Of a stretch of 64,000 nucleotides of DNA, positions 56,000 to 64,000 are shown one piece after another. A program made the position numbers and the translations under genes. Below the pieces are notes generated by a model, which was not told the DNA's origin, did not search any database, and saw only the letters and a list, made by a program, of their open reading frames with translations. Source of the DNA: Amphiscolops sp. MND2022 (taxonomy: Eukaryota); the NCBI GenBank assembly GCA_964187785.1, contig OZ076409.1:32180001-32244000 (forward strand), written 5' to 3'. The first letter of the stretch is position 1; each line of letters opens with the position of its first letter.

Positions 56000-58900
56000 T
56001 GGCAACGTAAAACTTGTATTGAGCAAGGGCAATGAGAATAAATGGGGTTGGCAAAGGTCAATCAAACAAAGATAGCATTCAGCGTATCTCCAACGCAACA
56101 GTCAACCTATCGTGAAGTCGCCCAACGCCAGATGGATATAAAACCCAACTACTCGAAGCAACCAAAGCTGCAAACGCCAGCGATGTACAAGAAGGTGCCA
56201 TATGAACCCCAAGTGTTGACAGCCAGTCATAAAATACGTCACTGTAACATATCTGGTCCTCCCTCATTGGACCCCTACGCTAAAGGTGCTTCGACAACTG
56301 GAGATTATTATTCTGCGACCAGTGCTCAAATGCCCATAGACACGAGGACAACATCTGGAGATCCTGAATATCAAACCGCTGTATCCTCGAACCCCGGCAT
56401 GAAACGCTCAGCACTATCCTACAATAACGATCCACCGCGGCCGTTGGCCTCTAGCACGCAAAGAAAAACTGTTTTGCAAGGAATCTGAACCCCACGACAA
56501 CTGGAGGAGTCACTAAAGATAATACTCCGAACGCAATACACAACCAAGCGTTAGCTGAAGCAATAACCACTGCGATGTCAAAAGGTCTGGAACCGTTGCT
56601 AGCCACAAAAGCCACCAAGAACAAACCGACCAAATACCGCAGTACACGAGATGGCATAGTGGACGGTTGACTCATGCTGATGAAGCGTTATCTAGAGAAA
56701 GCTCATGCTAAGGACACCCCACTAGATAGAGCATGGACCATTGTGAAATTTCTAGAAAACGAAGCAAGGGACTACATCACGAATAAATCGGAGGTAGAAC
56801 GTCTTTGCACTGCTAACGAGAAGATTTGGAACGGGATCCAACAAGATCCAAATACAACAACAGTTCCGCACGCGTAACCAGTTCCATGACGAAGATTACA
56901 TGCAATACTCGGATGCATCGAAAGGCTTGCGTAGCCAAGGTTTTCCCAATGAGGAAGTTGCGGTGAGACGCTACGAAATCATGCAAAGACTTATTGAAGG
57001 AGTACGCAGTTTCGAGTTGAAGCGCAATCTCGCACTCATGTATGCGCAAGAGCAGTATGTGGATACACCCCCAACGGTGGAAGCCCTCCGATTCACAGTA
57101 CAACAGTACCTGCGCATGTGTGGTTCGGCCCGTCCGGAGACTTTTCCTGCACCTCTACAACAGCAACTACAACAGTCTGCCTCAGCCAATCAACAAAACC
57201 TCATACAGGTACCAGCTGCTCAAGCGCCGTCCAATGCCCAACAGATCCCACAACAACCCGCGGCCTTCAGACAACAACCGCAGCGAACATGTTTCAACTG
57301 TGGAGACCCTCGCACTTCGTGGCTGATTGTCCCATGAAGGACCGAGCACGGAAACCCGTACAGCAAGTAGTCAACTCCTGTCGAACGAACATGACTGGCG
57401 AACGGGTGTGCCCATCGAACCCACGTGGTATGATTGACAATATGACGCCCGCAGCCTTACCAGAACAAGGAACAACACCATTTTGTATTAATTGCGGCCC
57501 CGCGGGTCATGTGGCATCTGACTGTATGGTGTCTGAAAACGCAGTAACAGAAGAACAAGTACAAGCGGCGTGGTACGCCCCCGTCACGAGTTCAGCAGAC
57601 TTTGCAAACACTGAAGATCAAATACGGGTGATATCAACATCCGAAGAAGGAGGCCCCTCACGTTCGGTGGTAGTGACCTGTGGTGAAAAACAAATTCTCA
57701 CCACGCTCGAAGCCCCAGCACCCAATTGCACCGAAACACTTATATCTATCCACTTGCTATTATCCACCGAACAGAAAGCACGCCCCGAACTCAGATTGGC
57801 TCAATTGAAGGAGGAACTGTGTCGCAACACAAACCTCACAATAGCTTCGAGACCTTGCCACACTTCACCAGAAGTGACGAGACCAAGCTAGCCCAAGTAC
57901 AAAAGGTCAAGACAATCGCGCCAGTCCCCATAGCAATCACGATTGACGGAGTGGACATGAGATTTGATGCGATTGTGGTCCTGGAAGGACATTTCTCTCA
58001 AGGCCTATTATTGGGTAGGCAAGAACTGCGCTGTTACAACATTGGAGTGCAGGATGCACAAGGAGAAGCACAGATTGATGAGCGAGCTTCGCTAGTCGTT
58101 GTATTCGGCACTCCTCTGCAAAAACCGATACAACTTTTCGGCATGATAGACATTGGTTCGGGAGTCTCCATTCTTTCACTGAGCGCATACAAGAAGATCG
58201 CATCCCAACATGAGCTGAATCTATCACTATACGACATTGAACTATTCGCTGCTAATGGCAAGAGTATCACCACCGTTGGCATCGCAGAAGATGTGAACTT
58301 TCAGCTCGGCGGTTATACTCTGAAAACCAACTTTGTAGTCAAAGCTGATCACATTGGATCAGAGTACTTTCTCCTAGGTAGAAATTTCCTGCGCATATAC
58401 AACGGGTTGGTAGTGGATCTCACGGCAATGAAGGTGACAATTCGTGACCCCAAAACGCCTAGAACGTTTAAAGCCGTCCATGAGGTTAGTGACAAGGAGC
58501 CATCGTTTGTCGTTTCCACCGAGGAAGTAGTCCTAGGGCCTTTCGAAAGAAAAGTGGTACGTGCGAAAATCATAACACAACAACCGGATGAGTTTCACTT
58601 CCGTAATGTAATGGTCCATTCATGTAGCATGAAATCCAGTTCAGTCTTTCTTTCAGAAGATACACTAACTTCCGTGGGGGAAGAGGGCATTGTATTCATA
58701 GCCCTGCAAAATCAAACTGATAACGAACGGGTAAGAATCAAAGAACAAACTGTAATTGGAAAAGCAATGCTCACTACTTTTGTTTTGAATCACGTTCTTA
58801 TGCAAAGTGTCTGTGAAGCTTCGAAGCTTACAAAGGAATTTGTAAATCGAATACATAAAGATATTGATTTGGACACTAGTTCAGAATACAGTTCCTTCGC

Positions 58901-60075
58901 CCAAAACTTCTTGTCTTCAACGGAACCGTCTGAGATAGGCTTGTCAGAAAATGAAAAGAGAAAATGTACAGATCCTGAATTGCTAAAAGCAATCCCAGGC
59001 CCTGACCTTTCCTCCGTGCTTTCTTCATGGGGGAAGAGGCGAGAGACAAATTAGAAGTTATTTTAACTGAGTACGAAGATCTATTTATGAAAAACAAGTC
59101 TGACATAGGCAGGTGTAAAATAGCAAAGCATAGAATAGAGTTAGAGCCGGAGGCTATACCACACCGGGAAGAAGCTAGACGAATGTCTCCTGATAAGGCG
59201 GCAAAAGCCAATCAGGAAGTGCAAAACTTGCTGGCTCTTGGTCTGATTCAACCCTCCTACTCTCCGTGGGCCAGTGGCATAGTCATGTTAAAAAAGAAAT
59301 CAGGCGAGCTTCACTTCTGCTGTGAATTCCGCCCGCTAAATGATATAACTGTGAAAGATGCGTTCCCATTGCCCAGGATAGATGAGAGTCTCTCGAGGAT
59401 TGGAAATGCAAAGATCTTTACCAGCATTGATTTGGCGTGGGCCTTTGGCAGATTCCATTGAAAAAGTGTGACCGCAGAAAGACTGCATTCGCGTGTGAGC
59501 TTGGCCTATTCGAATGGCGACGAATGCCCTTTGGGCTGTGCAATGCATCGGCCACCTTTCAACGACCGATCAAAAGAGCTCTTCAAAAGATCCAACAACG
59601 ACATGGAAGTGTTGTCATGGCAAACATCGACGACTTAGTGATAGCAACCGAAGATCATTTGGAAAAAGATCATTTGGAAAGAATCAGAGAAGTGTTTGAA
59701 TGTCTCAGAGAGGCCGGCTTCAAGATGCGAGCCGAGATTTGCGACTTTATGCGCACCGAAACTAAATACCTCGGAAGAGTAGTTTCCTCCGAAGGCATAA
59801 AGCCAGACCCGGCTGCTGTAAGCAAAATCCAAGAGTGGATGACCCCGAAAAATAAAGAAGAGCTACAAAGCTTCCTTGGATTTGCGAACTACTACCGAGA
59901 CTTCATTCCTTTCCATGCCGCCAAGGTACAGCCTATGCAGGAATTGTTAAGGGAGAATCAACACTTCTACTGGAACGAGAAGCACCAGGTAGCGTTCGAT
60001 TTAGTGAAACAAGCACTAGCTGACGCCACAGCCTTGGCAGCGCCAAACATCAAGGACGTTTCGGTTTGGATAAGG
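56000..60075 (+). mobile_element. Decayed Ty3/Gypsy gag-PR-RT, cut off at the start of RNase H
   Basis: Knuckles CFNCG..H..DC and CINCG..GH..DC; MIDIGSG and FLLGRNFL (protease); SPWAS, IDLAWAF, MPFGLCNASATFQR, NIDD, LQSFLGFANYYR; many frameshifts. Confidence 0.92.
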
Positions 60076-60279
60076 ACCTTCACTTCGCTGTGACCTGTAC
60101 AAACTCAGTTTCTCAAACTCATCATCCGACATTGCAAAAGGGTCACGAATGCCTGCATTTCCTGTTTCACGTGTAATTTCGGAACGTTTTCGCACAGTGG
60201 AGGAAAGTCCAAGACTATCTGAGCTGTCACGATTCGAATTTATCAGCGGAGATATCTCATCGAAAGACGTCTCTTCCAT
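60076..60279 (-). pseudogene. Truncated duplicate of TMEM128-like exon 1
   Basis: MEETSFDEISPL...RSQRSEG, then runs into antisense Gypsy sequence; no transmembrane part and no donor. Confidence 0.88.
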
Positions 60280-63200
60280 ATATTTACTTGAAAAATTCAA
60301 TACATAATATCAGTTGAAATTATAGCGTACAGTGCTGAAGTTATTTATATTCAGATTAGAGACATCACAGCATCTAGAATAAATTTGAATAAAAAAGACA
60401 AGATAATCACAGACAAAACGGTAACACTATAAAACAGTAAAACATAAGTCCATAATCTTGTTTCAACACTCCCCCATGATTATGACTTCGTCAATCCCAA
60501 TCGTTTCTCTTCAATCCCAATCACATAACTTCATGAATCCTGGTTATGGCAAAAGTTTAGTCGTCCAGTTGATATCCAGTTAGATATCGTCCAGTTGATC
60601 GCTTGAAGAGATCGGTTCTTCCTTGGCAACTAATTTTTCTCGGATGAAATGAGGACAAATAACTATGTGCTTTGTTCTTTCATTGTTTTGAGCATTCTTA
60701 GCGAGACAAATAGCCCCTCGATTATCTTCACAAATTGCTCATCAAAATTGGATGGTCGTCATCAGTCAGCGTTTTTTTTTTTAAAAAAAAACGCTTCTTT
60801 ATTCATCATGTGCCCGGGCAGCAGACAAAAGAATCCAACCAACATAGAAAACATAGACACAGAGGCGAAGCGGTGCTTCGCAACACATGACGAAGACGAA
60901 TCATGGCTAGACGAATGCCGAAAAATCGTATATACTCAATCGCATGCGTATATATTCAACAGTTCAACTTTGTTCAATAACGTCCCGATGGCACAGTGGT
61001 CAACACTTATGCCGTGCAATCGGGAGGCTACAGGTTCGAATCTCTCTGGGGTTTTGGCTTTTATCTAAAAGGCGCTCATTATGAAGTTGACTTTTGTGGA
61101 AAAACAACTTACTTAGCTGGACTGCAATGCACATTGACTTCGTCATGTGCAAAAAATGAGAAACGAGATCATGCAAACAGAGTGTTCAATGGACCCAGGA
61201 CCAGGGACTGGTAAAAATTAATTGCAATGATCTCTTCACAATTAATTGATTTTCAGCCGTCGATGAAACCAATTAATTGATTGCAAAACATGCAATTAAC
61301 TAAAAATATAGACTAAAATAATTTAACTAAATTCTTTTTGTTTCAATTCACTTTATGATAAGCAGCTGCGAAGCATGTTCGCGCCGATGTCCCTCTGTTG
61401 GTTGCGAGAATGCTTTGCTTGTAGTTCTCGAAAAAGTCTCGCCCTTGGTTCTTGAATGGCGGACCACCTGACCACTATCAGGAAATAAGATTTTGATTTC
61501 GGCTGAAGCGATTCGAACAAAACTGAGTTAAAGCTTTAAAGGCTCTGTTGAACTAAAAGATTATTGCGTTTTTGCATGTTTTTGCAGCTCAAGACAATTC
61601 ACAGCTCTTATCATGGGGTGGGATTTTTAACTCTTACCAGTCACTTGGCTTAATACCATTTGGCTTAATTTTTTTCGTCGAGTCATTTGGCTTAAAAATT
61701 TTAAGCCAAGTGACCAGAAAATTAAGCCAGCTCCATTCCAACTCAAGGAATAAATATGTCAACTCCCGGAACTATCATAATGTGGGGCATATGCGGTGTA
61801 TGCACGCTCGCCCTCACCGTCGCAAAGACCAGCTCCCACTACGATCGCTTCGCGATTTTCGTTCCCGCTAGGTCTTTGCTCCTGTTCGACCTTGCTTAGC
61901 AAGATGGGAATGTAAGCGGCCCCAAGGGGCCGCAGGGCACTAGATGAAATTGGGAAAAATCCGAGGGGTACTTGATATGACATGTTACAATAATACGCTG
62001 ACTACGTTATAAAGATAAATTCGACAAAATCTGCCACGTGTTTTCAACGAAGTGGTTTTATGTACCAGTCAATCGACACAAAAGACACGAGATTATGTAA
62101 TTTGGAATTATGTAACTGCACGCTTTTTGGCTAACAAACATGTTGTATGAATTGGCAAAACACATTGTTCAATTAGGTCTACACAACAAATATGGCAACG
62201 TAAAACTTGTATTGAGCAAGGGCAATGAGAATGAATGGGGTTGGCAAAGGTCAATCAATTAAAGATAGCATTCAGCGTACCTCCAACGCAACAGTAAACC
62301 TATCGTGAAGTCGCCCAACGCCAGATGGATATAAAACCCAACTATTCGAAGCAACCAAAGCTGCAAACACCAGCTATGTATAAGAAGGTGCCAGATGAAC
62401 CCCAAGTCTTGACAGCCAGTCATAATGAAAGACGTCACTGTGACATATCTGGCCTTCCCTCATTGGACCCCTACGCTAAAGATCCTTCGACAACTGGAGA
62501 ATATTATTCTGCGACCAGTGCTCAAATGCCCATTGACACGAGGACAACATCTGGAGATCCTGAATATCAAACCGCTGTATCCTCGAACCCCGAGATGAAA
62601 CGCTCAGCACTATCCTACAAAAACGATCCACCATGGCCGTTGGTCTCTAGCACGCAAAGAAAAACTGTTTTGCAAGGAATCTGAACCCCACGACAACTGG
62701 AGGAGTCACTAAAGATAATACTCCGAACGCAATACACAACCAAGCGTTAGCTGAAGCAATAACCACTGCGATGTCAAAAGGTCTGGAACCGTTGCTAGCC
62801 ACAAAAGCCACCAAGAACAAACCGACCAAATACCGCAGTACACGAGATGGCATAGTGGACGGTTGACTCATGCTGATGAAGCGTTATCTAGAGAAAGCTC
62901 ATGCTAAGGACACCCCACTAGATAGAGCATGGACCCTTGTGGAATTTCTAGAAAACGAAGCAAGGGACTACATCACGAATAAATCGGAGGCAGAAAGAGA
63001 TACAGACGAGAAAGTCTTCGCACTGCTAGCGAGAAGATTTGGAACGGGATCCAACAAGATTCAAATACAACAACAGTTCCGCACGCGTAACCAGTTCCAT
63101 GACGAAGATTACATGCAATACTTGGATGCATTGGAAGGCTTGCGTAGCCAAGGTTTTCCTAATGAGGAAGTTGCGGTGAGACGCTACGAAATCATGCAAA

Positions 63201-63495
63201 GATTTATTGAAGGGGTACGCAGTTTCGAGTTGAAGCGCAATCTCGCACTCATGTATGCGCAAGAGCAGTATGTGGATACACCCCCAACGGTGGAAGCCCT
63301 CCGATTCACAGTAAAACAGTACCTGCGCATGCGTGGTTTGGCCCGTCCGGAGACTTTTCCTGCACCTCTACAACAACAACAACAGTCTGCCTCAGCGAAT
63401 CAGCAAAACCTCATACAGGCACCAGCTGCTCAAGCGCCGTCCAACGCCCAACAAATCCCACAACAACCCGCGGCCTTCAGACAACAACCGCAGCG
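60076..63495. repeat. Tandem segmental duplicate of 49418-~57290 with internal indels
   Basis: 60076-60897 matches 49418-50243; 60890-62060 matches 54177-55348; ~62100-63495 matches ~55907-57288. Confidence 0.95.
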
Positions 63496-64000
63496 AACTT
63501 GTATTGAGCAAGGGCAATGAGAATAAATGGGGTTGGCAAAGGTCAATCAATTAAAGATAGCATTCAGCGTACCTCCAACGCAACAGTAAACCTATCGTGA
63601 AGTCGCCCAACGCCAGATGGATATAAAACCCAACTATTCGAAGCAACCAAAGCTGCAAACACCAGCTATGTATAAGAAGGTGCCAGATGAACCCCAAGTC
63701 TTGACAGCCAGTCATAATGAAATACGTCACTGTGACATATCTGGCCTTCCCTCATTGGACCCCTACGCTAAAGGTCCTTCGACAACTGGAGAATATTATT
63801 CTGCGACCAGTGCTCAAATGTCCATTGACACGAGGACAACATCTGGAGATCCTGAATATCAAACCGCTGTATCCTCGAACCCCGAGATGAAACGCTCAGC
63901 ACTATACTACAATAACAATCCACCATGGTTGTTGGTCTCTAGCACGCAAAGAAAAACTGTTTCAAGAAGGAATCTGAACCCCACGACATCTGGAGAGTCT
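63496..64000 (+). repeat. Further tandem copy of the Gypsy gag 5' region (period ~1292 bp)
   Basis: At 63496 the sequence jumps back to the equivalent of 62204 through an AAC microhomology. Confidence 0.92.

Noticed and set aside
56451..56675. Hydrophobic 74-aa minus-strand ORF repeated at 62647-62871
   Set aside because: Antisense to Gypsy gag; identity is explained by the recent duplication.
60016..60300. Second functional TMEM128 gene
   Set aside because: Truncated before the membrane helices and splice donor.

Overview
AT-rich, repeat-dense eukaryotic (probably invertebrate animal) DNA with no prokaryotic features. Family calls rest on motifs read by eye; no searches were run. (1) 1-~16 kb, minus strand: a very large (>16 kb, running off the left edge) Ty3/Gypsy-type LTR retroelement organised like a complex retrovirus. 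In order it has a 5' LTR and PBS, a structured leader, a small uORF, a single ~2731-codon gag-pol frame with only two in-frame TAA stops, an ATG-less 417-codon ORF with ESCRT late-domain-like motifs, an intact ~900-aa env resembling chuvirus/class III glycoproteins, and at least two further accessory ORFs. This is the best candidate for an undescribed system. (2) ~19.4-25.1 kb, 33.3-33.8 kb and ~36-39.9 kb: decayed Maverick/Polinton (adintovirus-like) remnants. (3) One host gene, a two-exon TMEM128-like gene (49621-49229 and 30275-30096, minus). Its ~19 kb intron holds a LINE, a Bel/Pao element, MITEs and Polinton debris, and a copia LTR lies just upstream of its ATG. (4) 49.4-64 kb: a tandem segmental duplication containing CRE-like non-LTR fragments, modular MITEs, a tRNA-derived SINE head and a decayed Gypsy.
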